The notes under the pieces were generated by a model. That model saw only the letters and a program-made list of their open reading frames with translations. It did no database searches and was not told the origin of the DNA. From Glaucostegus cemiculus (taxonomy: Eukaryota), in contig CDPCPM010000078.1 in NCBI GenBank assembly GCA_976551045.1, positions 2,604,001 through 2,668,000 of the forward strand: 64,000 nucleotides of DNA, read 5' to 3'. Within the stretch, counting starts at the first letter, position 1. Each line of letters begins with the position of its first letter. Of the stretch, positions 51,442 to 63,674 are shown piece after piece. A program made the translations under genes and the position numbers.

Positions 51442-52325
51442 TCAACCTGATCGTCCAGCTTGGGTGGCCTGCCCTGTCGGCGCAGTGATGGCACTCTGAC
51501 CGGGTGCGCAATGTCCAGATGCGCCGGCTTCAGGCGGTCCACTGTGAAAGTCTGCCCACAACCCCCAACCTCTGACATATGTTGAACCACTGCGCCGGAC
51601 CACCCGGAAAGGCCCCTCGTATGGCTTCTGCAGGGGTGACCCATGTGCTCCCCTGCGGATGAAAATGTACTCACAGCCCTGGAGGTCCTTCGGAACGAAA
51701 GAAGGCATTGTGCCATGCCTGGAGGCCGGGATCGGTGCCAATGTCCCCACCTTGGCCCGCAGCTTCGCTAACACCTCCGCCGGGGTCCCCGCTGGGTCCT
51801 GAGCCCCTGGTACGAACTCACCCGGTACTGTGAGGGGGAAGCCGTAGACCAGCTCGGCTGAGGAGGCGCCCAAATCTTCCTTGGGGGTTGTACGGATGCC
51901 CAGCAGGACCCAGGAGAGCTCGTCTGTCCAGTTAGGTCCCTGCAGGCGAGCCATCAGGGCGGACTTGAGGTGCCGGTGGAAACGCTCCACCAAACCATTG
52001 GCCTGCAGGTGGTATGCTGTGGTGTGATGCAGCTGGGAACCCAGGAGCTGCGCCAGTGCCGTCCACAAGCCGGACGTGAACTGCGCCCCTCGGTTGGAGG
52101 TAATGTCCGTCGGGAGGCCAAACCAGGCAATCCAGTGGGCAATGAGGGCTCTGGCACAGGACGCAGTGGATGTGTCTGCCAGCGGCACTGCCTCTGGCCA
52201 CCTGGTGAACCAGTCTACCACAGTGAAAATGTACCTGGCGCCCCGGGACACTGGCAGCAGTCCGACAATGTCCATGTAAATGTGCTGGAACCTGCTGTGC
52301 GTTGGTTGAAAATGCTGGAGGGGTG
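51442..52325 (-). pseudogene. Gypsy integrase core and GPY/F region, defective
   Basis: MDIVG...FTRWPEAVP...ITSNRGAQFTS...NGLVERFHR...PYEGPF. The second catalytic Asp appears as Asn, the HHCC domain is missing, and the C-terminus is frameshifted (VDRLKPAH in another frame). Confidence 0.88.
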
Positions 52326-52427
52326 AAGGACGCTGATTTCGGCCCCCGTATCCACCAGGAAACGCCGCCCAGTGAGCCGGTCCCAAAGGAAGAGTAGGTT
52401 GTCTCGCTGGCCGGCCGTCGAAGCCAC
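52326..52427 (-). pseudogene. Gypsy aspartic protease N-terminal stub
   Basis: LFLWDRLTGRRFLVDTGAEISVL (DTGA active site), truncated by the deletion. Confidence 0.85.
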
Positions 52428-52454
52428 TAACGACGGCCGGCCTCAGCGTTTCCC
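52409..52454 (-). promoter_or_regulatory. -1 programmed ribosomal frameshift signal (gag-pol)
   Basis: Slippery heptamer G GGA AAC in gag phase, 5 nt spacer, perfect 12 bp stem GGCCGGCCGTCG/CGACGGCCGGCC with a 10 nt loop; protease is in the -1 frame. Confidence 0.8.
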
Positions 52455-53119
52455 GGGAAGGAACACGGTGGCTGGCAGCAGCGCACATTCGTCCCCCACC
52501 TCTTGTGGTAGAAACACCACTGCTCTGGGCCCTTGTCTTTGTCCGCTGTGGGCCCTGACAGTTTGGGTTTCGGAACCTTAGCCTGAGGCTGTGAGGCCGC
52601 CGCTACACAGGCGGAGGCCACTCCTTGCCGCCGACTGTACCAAATGACGTCCGCTATGGCCACGAGGGCGCGCGGGTCGCTGAAATCTCTGCCGGCGAGG
52701 AGGGAGCGCATATCGTCCGGGAGTTGCTTGAGGGATAGCTGCCGGAACAGGAAACATGGCTGATGGCCATCCATGAGTGCTAGCATCTCGTCCATCAATT
52801 CGGAGGGCTTGCGGTCGCCTAGGCCGTCCATATGGAGGAGCCTCGTGGCTTGGTCACTGAGGGAAAGGCTGAACGTGCGGATGAGGAGAGCCTTGATTTG
52901 GACGTACCTGTCCTCCATCGGTGGCTGGCATAGGAAATCGATGATGCGACCGGCTGTGTCCTGGTCGAGGGCACTGACCACGTAGTAATGCTTCGTGGCG
53001 TCGACTTCGATGCCCCTGACGCTGAACTGGGCCTCCGCTTGTTCAAACCAGACTTGAGGCTGTGAGGTCCAGAAAACCGGGAGCTTGAGTGCAACGGCGT
53101 TGTGGGAGTCAGTATTCAT
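52427..53119 (-). CDS. gag: Gypsy Gag, uninterrupted 230 aa ORF
   Basis: KLPVFWTSQPQVWFEQAEAQF N-terminal motif; C-terminal C-x2-H-x9-C-x3-C (CHCC) knuckle; ATG just downstream of the PBS. Confidence 0.88.
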   Translation of the reverse strand: MNTDSHNAVALKLPVFWTSQPQVWFEQAEAQFSVRGIEVDATKHYYVVSALDQDTAGRIIDFLCQPPMEDRYVQIKALLIRTFSLSLSDQATRLLHMDGLGDRKPSELMDEMLALMDGHQPCFLFRQLSLKQLPDDMRSLLAGRDFSDPRALVAIADVIWYSRRQGVASACVAAASQPQAKVPKPKLSGPTADKDKGPEQWCFYHKRWGTNVRCCQPPCSFPGNAEAGRR

Positions 53120-53141
53120 GATTCCAGATGCCGTCTGGAAT

Positions 53142-53155
53142 CGTCGGGGTCACCA
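53142..53155 (-). promoter_or_regulatory. tRNA-Trp primer-binding site
   Basis: TGGTGACCCCGACG, 2 nt after the LTR-terminal CA. Confidence 0.85.
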
Positions 53156-53179
53156 AATGTAGCAGCCAGCAGGGCTCCA

Positions 53180-53415
53180 TTATTCTCCTCGTGTTCCCAT
53201 CCACTTCCCCCCAAATTCTACCACTCTAGGGAAAATTTACAGTGGCCGATTAACCTGCCAATCTGCCTGCCTTTGGGACGTTGGAGGAAACTGGAGCACC
53301 TGGAGGAAACCCATGTGGTCACAGGGAAAGCATGCAAACTCTATGGGTCAGGATTGAACCCCCGTTTCTGGAGCTGTGAGGCAGCATGTCTACCGGCTGC
53401 ACCACTGTGCCACCC
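53180..53415 (-). mobile_element. V-SINE fragment flanking the Gypsy element
   Basis: GGAGGAAACTGGAGCACCTGGAGGAAACCCA is the reverse complement of the V-domain. Confidence 0.75.
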
Positions 53416-55281
53416 TGGTTTTAAAATTTTATTAATTTCCATTCTTTCAATCTGGGGCAGTGCCCAATTTCCAGCTGAGGATTGAAACATGATAGCATCA
53501 ATGAAGGTTGGTCCTCAGAGGAGTGGTATTGACTTCCGGTGATTGTGTACTGCAGGTTGGAGTGAATTAGCAGCCATGTTCTTTGATTCCTTTCATTGTG
53601 AATACAAAACAGGGGTGCTGTAAAATGGGCTGCAGATTTATAGCCATCTATTTGACACAAAGACACTCAAGGCGAGTGAAGGGCAGAGTTCCAGCCTATC
53701 CACACATTGCACGATGCCTGAAAATTGCCTCAGCAAAGGTGTGCTTTGAAGTCACATCCCTGAGCAATTTTGAATGTCAGAATGGTACTAGACATGAAAC
53801 ACTTGAGTTAACTGAAAAAGGTAGAGAAGGTTGAATTGTCCTCTGAATAGAGAAGGTAAAGGGAGGATTTAATAAAAATGTTCCGAATTATGGAGGGTTT
53901 TGATGGTGTGAATAGTTAGGGAGAAAAAGTGTTTCTAATGGCATAAGGATTAGTAATTGTTTCCACTGGCATGAGGGCGCAGTTTAAACATAATTGGCAA
54001 ATGTATCTGAATTTTTTCTTAGTAGCGCTGAACTGAAATTCAATAGCTGAAGGGATGGTGAAAGCAGATTCTGAAGAAGATTCAATGCAGAATATTTGCA
54101 AGGCAATGAGGAAAGAACCGCCGTAGACGTGATGGGTCAAACAATGTCCAATGCTTAATAGAGTCACAAAGTAGTAATAACATTTAAAGACATTTGGGTA
54201 AGTACATGGATAGGAAAGAGATTAGCTGGAAAAGGCCAAATGCGGGCAAATGGCACTAGATTAGATGGGCACCATGGTTGGCATGGATGAGTTGGAGAGA
54301 CATCTTGGATACCCTGCTTGGGGCAAAGGGAGTTTGAGAGAGGTGGGGTGAACTGACACTCTATGAACATCAGCTAAGGGATATCCAGTCAGGTTGGATT
54401 CTATAGTTTTATTGTTGCCTTTTGTAGAACATAAGAACTGTGGCAAGATCTTCTCCCAGAGCATTGAATAGTTTGATTGGAATCCATAATAGGGTGAACT
54501 GTATATGGCTTATTGGAAAGATCAGCTTTATTTATTAACATATTAACACTTTGAGAATAGTGAACTCAAATTTCACCTGAGGATTTTGTAAATTCCTCCC
54601 TCAACCCCACCACAACAGATGCTACTCGACCTGTGAGTTCCTCCAGAAGTTTGTTTCTTTTTCACTCCAGATTTCATCATCTGCAGTCTCTTGTGTCTCC
54701 AAAGTGATCATGAGGTTGTGAAGTGAAATGCAAGTAACATTGCCTTGATCTACTGTGATTCTAGTGGCACATTCTTCAAAGCCAGAGCTGTTTTTAGGTC
54801 ACTGTGGTCACAGCCAAGAGTTTGCTTCCTGTATCTGATTATGGTGGTGGTAAGTACGGGAAAGGAACGGAGAGAAACCCCATAAACCACTGTCCCGCAC
54901 CCTGTAATCAATCTCTTTGCCTACAGATAGCATATTTACTTCCAGCTGCAGCTCCCCTTCTGAATCTGAGTAAGAAGTTCGTGAATCAACTTCCATTCCA
55001 GCGGTTGAGCCACAGGGTACAAGCCCCCACGTTCATCGCAGTGCTGGGCGAGTGCTGTGCCATCGTCTGCAAGAAACATTAAACTGATGCCCCATCATCT
55101 CCCTCGGGTGGATTTAAAAGCTTGCAATTTGGCTTCTGTGATGTTGTACTGCAATGGTGTCTCCATCTTGAACTTGGCTGTAAAGCAATTTGGGAAGTCC
55201 AGAATGGCATGTGGAAGGGTCAAGATGCAAGAGAGTTCAGTGAGAAATTGGTGTTTCATTCTATGTACAATACTTTGTCAA

Positions 55282-55530
55282 GGCAGCACGTTAGTGCAGC
55301 GGTTAGCGTGACGCTGTTACAGCGTCAGCGATCGGGGTTCAATTCCCGTCGCTGACTGTAAGGAGTTTGTACGTTCTCCAGTGTCTGCGTGGGTTTCCTC
55401 TGGGCGCTCCGGTTTCCTCCCACATTCTAAAAGACATACGGGTAGGTTAATTTGGGGATTTAAAATGGGTGGCGCGGACTCGTTGGGCCGAAAGGGCCTG
55501 TTACCACGCTGTAAATAAAATTTAATTTAA
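55282..55530 (+). mobile_element. Young tRNA-derived V-SINE
   Basis: A box TAGTGCAGCGG, B box GGTTCAATTCC, V-domain GTGGGTTTCCTCTGGGCGCTCCGGTTTCCTCCCAC, CR1-like tail GGGCCGAAAGGGCCTGT, AT-rich end. Confidence 0.9.
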
Positions 55531-56114
55531 TATTCAGCACACACAGAAGACCTGGGACATGAAAATCTGTGTTTGGTTTGGCATTGCACTGAAAGTAGCC
55601 TTAAAAAGAACCAAAGCTCATCTAGCCAGTGGGCAAAGTTATAACTGCCCCAGCTTGTTGCTCATATAGGGTTGTCATTGGGCTGTCATTATTCCTGTGG
55701 ATATCTTGGCCAGAAGAAGGGTGCATTCCCATCTCTCCATGCCTGCAGTCTGTACTAGTGTTTGAAGGGAAGGAAGTTGTATAAGCCTCATGAAGGTGGC
55801 CCCAACTATGTGGTACATTTCCAGCCTTAAAAGATGTCAGGGTATTACATATAATAGATGTTCAGGTGAACACAGGCGACAGAGGAGCAGGGAAGCTCCC
55901 CTTGCCGTTCCAGCCAATATTTATCCCTCATGTATTGTTCATTCTCCTTCCAATGCAGTTGGAGTCCCAGCCAGAATAAAGAAACAGTGATCAAAATAAC
56001 CTAAGACATTCTGTGTGGCAAAGGTGGTCAGATCCTGCCTTACAGGTCTGGAGCCTTTGGCACAATTGAACAGATCACCTTCCTCCAATTCCTCTTGGCT
56101 ATCATCGATCTGAA

Positions 56115-57085
56115 CGTAGAACATTACAGCACAGTACAGGCCCATCAGCCCATAAATTTGTGCCAACATTTTATCCTGCTCTAATATCTATCTAACCCTT
56201 CCCTCCTACATAGCCCTCCATTTCTCTGTCATTCATGTGGCTATCTAAGAGTCTCTTAAATGTCCCTAATGTATCTGCCCCCACAACCTCTGTAGGCAGT
56301 GAATTCCACATACCCACCACTCTCTGTGGGAAAAAAAAACTTACCTCTGACATCCCCATATATCTTCCTCCAGTCACCTTAAAATTGTGCCCCCAAGTGT
56401 TAGCCATTTTTGCCCTGGGAAAAAGTCTCTGACTGTCCACTCGATATATGCCTCTTATCATCTTGCACACCTCTACCAAGTCATCTCGCATCCTCCTTCT
56501 CTCAAAAGAGAAAAACCCTAACTCAGTCAACCTATCTTCATAAGACATGCTCCCCAATCCAGGCAGCATCCTGGTAAATCTCTTCTGCACCCTTTCTAAA
56601 GCTTCCACATCCTTCCTATAATGAGGTGACCAGAACTGAACACAATACTCCAAGTGTGGTCTAACCAGAGTTCTATAGAGCTGCAACATTACTTCATGGC
56701 TCTTGAACTCAATACCCCGACTACTAAAGGCCAACACACCATACACCTTCTTAACAACCCTATTGACCTGCGCTGCAACATTGAGGGATTTAAGGACAAG
56801 GACTCCAAGATCCCTCTGTTCCTCCACACTGCTAAGAGTCCTGCCATTAACCTTGTATTTTGCCTTCAAATTCAACCTCCCGAGGTGTATCACTTCACAC
56901 TTTTCTGGGTTGAACTCCATCTGCCACTTCTCAGTCTTCTATCTGCTCAGCTCTTCATTCTGTCAATATCCTGTTGTAATCTACAGCAGCCTTCTACACT
57001 ATCCACAACACCACCAACCTTTGTATCATTAGCAAACTTGCTAACCCACCCTTCCACATCCTCATCCAAGTCATTTATAAAAATC
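56115..57085 (-). mobile_element. 5'-truncated CR1 LINE
   Basis: 242 aa ORF MEFNPEKCEVIH...RDLGV...RPHLEYCVQFWSP...QRVVGMWNSLP. Confidence 0.92.
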
Positions 57086-57504
57086 ACTCTGGTGGCATAA
57101 TGCTTGTTTGGTTCTGTTCTCGTTCAATTGTAGCCAGGGAATCACCTGCAGCAGCTTCTGCACCATTAACACTAACATCCTTGATAATCCATACTTGGCT
57201 TCCTCCTGTTTCTCACCTGGATGATAGCCTGAACCCACAGAATCAGCTTTCCCATACACGCTAAACACCTAGCTCTATCTTTCCGTCACCTCTCAATTCT
57301 CTTTAAATTGTGACACAGAATTTTCTCACACCTAATTCTGTGTTGAAGCCATTGCCATAAACCCCATTGGCTTTACCTCTCTCCCCGTCAACTGTCTGAA
57401 ATGCAATTGTTTGCAAACAGTGTCATGTTTGGCTGTGCAAGAATTACGGGCACACCCTATTCTCCCCTGCCCTCTTCCCATTGTCCGAACTTTTCCTTTA
57501 TATA

Positions 57505-57800
57505 AGATATCTTTATTAGTCACATGTACATCGAAACACACAGTGAAATACATCTTTTGCATAGAGTGTTCTGGGGGCAGTCCTCAAGTGTCGCCACACT
57601 TCTGGCGCCAACATAGCATGCCCACAACCCCTTAACCCATATGTCTTTGGAATGTAGGAGGAAACCAGAGCATCCAGAGGAAACCCACGTAGACACAAGG
57701 AGAACGTATAAACTCCTTACAGACAGCGGTGGGAATCGAACCCAGGTCGCTGGTGCTGTAATAGTGTTATGCTAACTGCTACACTACCATGCCTGCCCTT
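57505..57800 (-). mobile_element. V-SINE with a different, Rex/Babar-like tail
   Basis: tRNA head and V-domain on minus, ending CGATGTACATGTGACTAATAAAG. Confidence 0.7.
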
Positions 57801-59548
57801 TCAGATAGTTATCCAGCTCACTTTTGAGTTGTATTTCCCTTCACTATTTTCCCTGGCAGTGCATTCCATACCTCAAACACTCGTGCATAAAAATGTTTAT
57901 CCTCATGTGGGTTTTGGTTCCTTTGCCTGTCATCTTCACCTCCTCATTCTTGACTTTTCTGACAATGGGAACAGTTCTGTCTGTACTCTTCATGATTTCT
58001 CTCTCCATTTATTGGATACTCTTGCAACCTCCTCTTCTCCAAGGGGAAAACCTCAGCTTCTCCGGTCCTTTCACTTAACTTAAGTCCATATTCCCGTGAA
58101 TCATTGTCACAGATTCATAGATTCATTGAGTTATACAGCATGGAAACAGGCCCCTTGGCCCAACTCCTCCATGCCAACCAAAATGCCTATCTACACTAAT
58201 CCCATTTCATTAATCTGTTCTGCACCCCCTCTATGTCTTTGACTGTTTCCTAAAGTGTGGCACTCGGAAGTGGACACTGGCCAAGCCACTGTTTTGTAAA
58301 GGTTTATTGCGATTTCGTTGCTGTTGTACCCTATGCCTCTGTTTATGAAACCCAGGATCCAGTTTGTCTTTCTGATCACTTTCTCAAGTTGCCCTGCCAC
58401 TTCCAGTAAAACATGTGCATATATCCTGAGATCTTTGTTCTTGAACCTCTTCTGGAGATTGTCCCTAGTGTGTTGCCTCTTCTCATTTTTCCTCTCAAAA
58501 TATAATGCTACATATTTTAGCTAAATAAAATGACTAAATTTAACTGACTAAACTGTACCTACCACCTACTTCCGCAGCTGTCTCTGTCTCCTTGAGGTCT
58601 GTTATTGTCTTCCTCACACCTCACTACAATCCTAAGCTTTGTGTCATCTGGAAATTGTTACCTGTCATCTCAAGTTCAAATCTTTAACACACAGGTCCTC
58701 TCCAGCTGACAAATGCCCGAGCTTTGTACAGCCTGTACACACGATTGAGCATTTGCATTTGAGCGTTTGGGAGACTGGCGGGATGGTGTGGTTTGCCAGC
58801 TGCTGTGGGGCTGCAGGGGTCTTCTTCCACGTGGGAACTCAGTTTGTGGCTGTATTTCCAACTTGTGAACTGTTCAGGTTATGAACAATTCTCAGGAATG
58901 GAACCCTGTTGTAACCTGGGGAGGACCTGTATATTAAGGAAAACAACGATCACTGTTCCCTGGGAACTCCAATATACACCTCTCTCCAGTTCAAAAAGTA
59001 ATTATTAACTATTATCATTTTGGATCAGTCTGTACATTTTTGTACAGTCTGACCTGTAGATGATGTACAGCTGTATCATGAGCACCACATTATACAGACA
59101 AATTATTTTATTCTGATGTTAATGGCAGTTTAACTGCCACATTATATAATTCTGTCTCATCCTACCAGAGATATTCTCTTTGTTCTATGCAATCCCCTCC
59201 CCCACCTACTCTGCTATCGATAATTAACTTGCTTCTGTCTTCCCCAATTCTGAAGAAGAGTCCCTGACCTAAAACATTAACAGTTTCTCTTTCCACAGAT
59301 GCTGCCTGACCTGTTGAGCATTTTTCTGTATTTATTGCAAGTTTCCAGTATCTGAGATTTTTTAATTAACTTTCAGCTGTTACCTCTTGTTTCCTGTTGC
59401 TTAGCCAATTTTTAATCAATTAGATTTGTGTTTGAAGAGATTGTGCAGGAGTCATGATTTTAACACTCCTGGGGCTTTAGGATCAGTTAAGAGATGGGTA
59501 GGGGTGAGGAGAGATGGGTGCTCCTCACTGGGTTGTCCCTAGTGTGTT

Positions 59549-59749
59549 CCAGGGTGCTCCTGGCCAGATAGAAGGCACCTTAACAAAACTAGGACCACAC
59601 CAGGGTGCTCCTGGACAGATAGAAGGCACCTTAACAAAACTAGGACCACACCAGGGTGCTCCTGGACAGATAGAAGGCACCTTAACAAAACTAGGACCAC
59701 ACCAGGGTGCTCCTGGCCAGATAGAAGGCACCTTAACAAAACTAGGACC
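59549..59749. repeat. Near-perfect 51 bp tandem repeat, ~3.9 copies
   Basis: CCAGGGTGCTCCTGG(C/A)CAGATAGAAGGCACCTTAACAAAACTAGGACCACA; units start at 59549, 59600, 59651, 59702. Confidence 0.97.
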
Positions 59750-60484
59750 TATGGCCTCTCAGGAGATTTCAGTGGAGAGAGGATGACATGAATTTGGCAG
59801 GGAATGGGCAGAGGAAGGTAGCATTGAAAAGGAGAGACTAATGCCCAAATAGTTGATCAAGATGAATGACACCAGAATAAGATATAGAAGGTTAGTAAAC
59901 GGAACCAGACTAGAGAGAGTACAAGCAGGCCTAATGTAGGTTTACAGTGTATTTACATAAATATAAGAATCAAATTAACCAAGGTTGGTGAGCAGCAGAG
60001 GCAGTTAACTACGTGGGGTTTTGGTGTTGTGTCCATAACATTAGGCAATAAGGATCAAGATCAAAATCTATCTGTTGGTATTAAGAGAGCAAAGAGATCT
60101 GCTTACACTACTGTGAGTTTTCAATGGACTGCTAACTAGTTGGAAGGTTATTGAGAAGCAACTTTGCAGCGGAAGTACATAGAGGAGGATTATCCAGTGT
60201 TTGGGGGGGGGGGGGGGCGCGGGAAGGGGAGGCTATCCAAAACAGGCTGGGACAGGAATAACACAAGGTCAAAGAGGGGCATGAAAACATAGAAAATATA
60301 TGACACAGAGGGCCATTTAGCCCATTGTGTTGAAAAACCGCTGCCTAGCCTAATCTCACCCTTGCCAGCCCTATGGCTCTTGGCGTACACATCCAAGCAC
60401 TGTTTAAGTGTGATGAGGCTTTTTATTCACATATTCCATATGCTGTAGAAGGAGGTCATTTGGCTCACTAAGTCTATATCAGCT

Positions 60485-60803
60485 CAGGAGCCTGAGGGCA
60501 CATACCACCAGGCTCAAGGACAACTTCTATCCCACTGTGATAAGATGATTGAATGGTTCCCTTGTACGTTGAGATGGACTCTTGACCTCAAGTCTACCTT
60601 GTTGTGACCTTTCACCTTACTGTCTACCTGCAATGCACTTCCCTGTAGCTGTGACACTATGTTATTTTTTTACCTGTACAACCTCAATGCACTCTGTACT
60701 AACTCAATGTATCTGCACTGTGTAATGAATTGATCTGTCCGAATGGTATGCAAGAGAAGTACCTTGGTGCAAGTGAAAATAATAAACCAATACCAGTACC
60801 AGT
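60485..60803 (+). mobile_element. Rex/Babar 3' end fragment
   Basis: Closely similar to 22985-23307. Confidence 0.85.
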
Positions 60804-61059
60804 CCTTTCTGCCACTTAATCTCCTGCCAGCCCCTACACTATGGGTAACTTATTGTGCCCATTTCACCACCAGCATGCCTTTGAGATGTGAGCGGAAAGC
60901 AGAGCACCCAGTGGAAACTCGTATGGTCACAGACAGCATGGTCAGGATTGAACTGGGGTTGCTGGAGCTGTGTGGCAGCAGCTCTATTTATTGCACCACT
61001 GTGCTGCTCTTTGCTTCTTCCTCTCTTTCAGACAGTGAGCTCTAGACCCCTATCACCCT

Positions 61060-62850
61060 CTGCGTTTTCTTAATTCCCTTTCAAACTTTCTAGCAATTGC
61101 TCTAAATTAGTTTATGATCCCTCTGCTTCTTCCCTTGACTTCTTTGTATTCACTCGTTAATAATTTTTATTGTCGTTCACTCCCTCATAATTTTATACAG
61201 CTTACTTAAATCTCCCCTTAGCCTCTTTATTTCAAAGAAAACAATGATAGCTCATTTAATCTTTCCTGAAAGCTACAATTTTCTCATTCTGGTAGCATCT
61301 TTGTTAATCTTCACTGCACCCATTCCAGTGCGATCATTTTTCCTGTAATCTGGCGTATATAGCACTTATATTGTGGTCTGACTCATAGAACATTGAGCAG
61401 TATAGCAAAGGAGCAGGCTGTTCGGCCCACAATATTTGCACTGACCATGATGCCAAATTAAACTAATCCCATCTGCCTGCACAAGTTTTATATCCCATTA
61501 TTCTCTGCCTGTTCGTGTCTGTCTAAATGCTTCTTAAATGTAGCTATTGTATCTGCTTTTACCCCTTCTCTGGCAGCACGTTCCAGGCATCTACCACCCT
61601 CTGTTTAAAAAAACTTCCCTTGTAAATGTCCTTTAAACTTTTCCCCTTCACCTTAAGTCTATGCCTTCTAATATTTGACATTTGACATGAATATTACATT
61701 TCTATCCTGAGAAAAGGACTCCAACCACCTACCCTATTTAAGCCTCTTACAATTTTATATACTATCATGTACTCGTCAAGAGTACATTCTTTGCCTCAGT
61801 TAATAAAGGATAGTGTCCTGCTTGCCTTTTTAACCACCTTTTTGACACGTCCTGCTAATTTAATGACTCTTTGTTTCTCCACAGCACTCAATATCCCCTC
61901 ACTTATTTTATACTCCATTGCCTTATAGCACCTCCCTAAGTGCATTACCTTATGATTCCCTGGACTGACTTCTATTTTTCTGTTTAACCGATCCTAAATC
62001 TTCCAAAACTTTCCCTCTTATCATCAACCACGCAGCCTATTTCTGTACCATTTTCAAATTATTTTATCTAGCTCCCCAGCTGTAGGTCTAAATCATTAGT
62101 AACTATTACAATAAACAAAGGATGAAATACTAAGCCCCGTGGAACTCCAATAGTAATAAAAACACCATTACACTTTTCTTCCTGCACTGAACCAGTTTTG
62201 GATACAATCGCACTTCCCTTAGAGCCTGCCTTGTGAGACCACGTCAAAAGTTTTGCAAAAGTTCATGTAGACTTCAAAACACATATTGTCCTTGTTAACC
62301 CTCTTTAAGCCTGACACAAATTTAGCTTAATCAAATCCTTTGCTGAACTGTCCCTGGTTTATCATCTGCCGTTGTAAATGAAGTTTACACTATTCCTCGG
62401 AATACCCACCACTATTATACCAAATGGCCCTTTATTACTTCATTTACCTCTTATTCTTGTATGATGACAGTAGACTTCCAATCCTCTGGCACAGCTCCCA
62501 CAGCCAGGGAGAACTGAAAGCTGTAGTCAGAGCATCTGAAATTCCCTCCCTTCCTTTAACAACCTGCGGTGTGTATTTCATTTGGTTGCGGTGACTTATC
62601 CTTTATCAGAGATGATAAAATCTTTAGTACTCTTTTACTGTGTTTATCCCGTCCAATATTTCACTCATTTGGCTTAATTACACCATTAGCAACATTCCAC
62701 TCATTGATGAACACTGTCACAAAATATTCATTAAGAACCCTCCACTTCCATCAATCGGTTACCTCTTTGGTCCCTAATGAGCCCTATTCCTTCCTTTGTT
62801 AGCCTCTTGCTCTTTATGTACTTTTAAAACATTTTTGGATTTTCATTGAT
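61060..62850 (-). mobile_element. Old CR1 LINE remnant with a younger CR1 3' end nested at ~61385-61770
   Basis: Minus-strand CR1-like words; heavily degraded. Confidence 0.55.
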
Positions 62851-62949
62851 TTTACAATGACCTCAGATACTGTCTGTGTGGAGTTTCCACATTCTCCCTG
62901 TGACCATGTGGGTTTCCCCCAGCTGCTCTGGTTTCCTCCCACATCGCAA

Positions 62950-63560
62950 TAGGAACTTGAGGGACAACTCTTTCTTACGCAAGGGTTGTATCGATGTGGA
63001 ATGAGCTGCCAGAGGAAGTGGTTGAGGCAGGTACAATAACAACTTTTAAAATACAGTTGGATAAGTGCATGGATTGGTAAGGTTTAGAAGGTTAGAAAGT
63101 TCCTATTGTGATGTGCAGAGGAGGTTTACTAGGATGCTGCCTGGATTAGAGGGCATGGGCTATCAGGAGAGGCTGGATAAACTTGTGCTCTTTTCTCTGG
63201 AGCAGCAGAGGCTGAGGGGTGATATTTTGGAAGTGTATAAAATTATGAGGGGTATAGGTAGGGTGGACAAGCAATATCTTTTTCCCATTATTGAGCGATC
63301 CAATACCAGAGGGCAGGCATGTAAGGTGAGGGGGGTAAGTCCAGAACAGACGTCAGGGGTACGTTTTTTACTGAGAGAGTGGTAGATGCCTGGAATGCAT
63401 TGCCTGATAGGGTGGTGGAGGCAAACTCATTGGGGGCTTGGATGGGCACATGAATGAGAGCAAAATAGAGGGATATGGTAGGTAGGAGAGATTAGCTATG
63501 TCGGCACAACATTGTGGGCCAAAGGGCCTGTTCTGTGCTGTACTGTTCTATGTTCTATAT
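62950..63560 (+). mobile_element. CR1 LINE 3' fragments
   Basis: VQRRFTRMLPGLEGMGYQERLDKL...RLRGDILEVYKIMRG; TTCTATGTTCTAT tail. Confidence 0.88.
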
Positions 63561-63674
63561 TTTTCATACCTTCCCTTTTGCTTTCTTCATTTCGTTTTTA
63601 TTTTCACTCCTATATCTTCTATTCTTTCTACTGTGTTAAGCTCTTTGTGCTTGGTATACACTTTTTTTAATCTT

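Larger units (their letters stand above)
51162..53174 (-). mobile_element. Internally deleted Ty3/Gypsy LTR retrotransposon, CsRn1-clade-like
   Basis: 3' LTR 51162-51398 (TGTG...TACA on minus) preceded by a PPT; only 17 bp of the 5' LTR remain (53158-53174); tRNA-Trp PBS; gag, protease stub and integrase present; RT/RNase H absent. Confidence 0.92.

Noticed and set aside
51442-52488. 348 aa ORF as an intact protein
   Set aside because: The N-terminal ~55 residues are out-of-frame gag/protease sequence joined by the deletion; the integrase has a catalytic D-to-N change and a frameshifted end.
55030-55082. Insulin/relaxin A-chain-like CCxxxC motif (ECCAIVC)
   Set aside because: The frame stops before the final Cys, and no B-chain motif is found upstream.
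55282-55360. tRNA gene (also at 45175-45253 and 63845-63922)
   Set aside because: tRNA-derived SINE heads followed by a V-domain and LINE tail.
59549-59749. CRISPR-like array (also considered for 2338-2549)
   Set aside because: Units are contiguous with no unique spacers, there are no cas genes, and the context is vertebrate.
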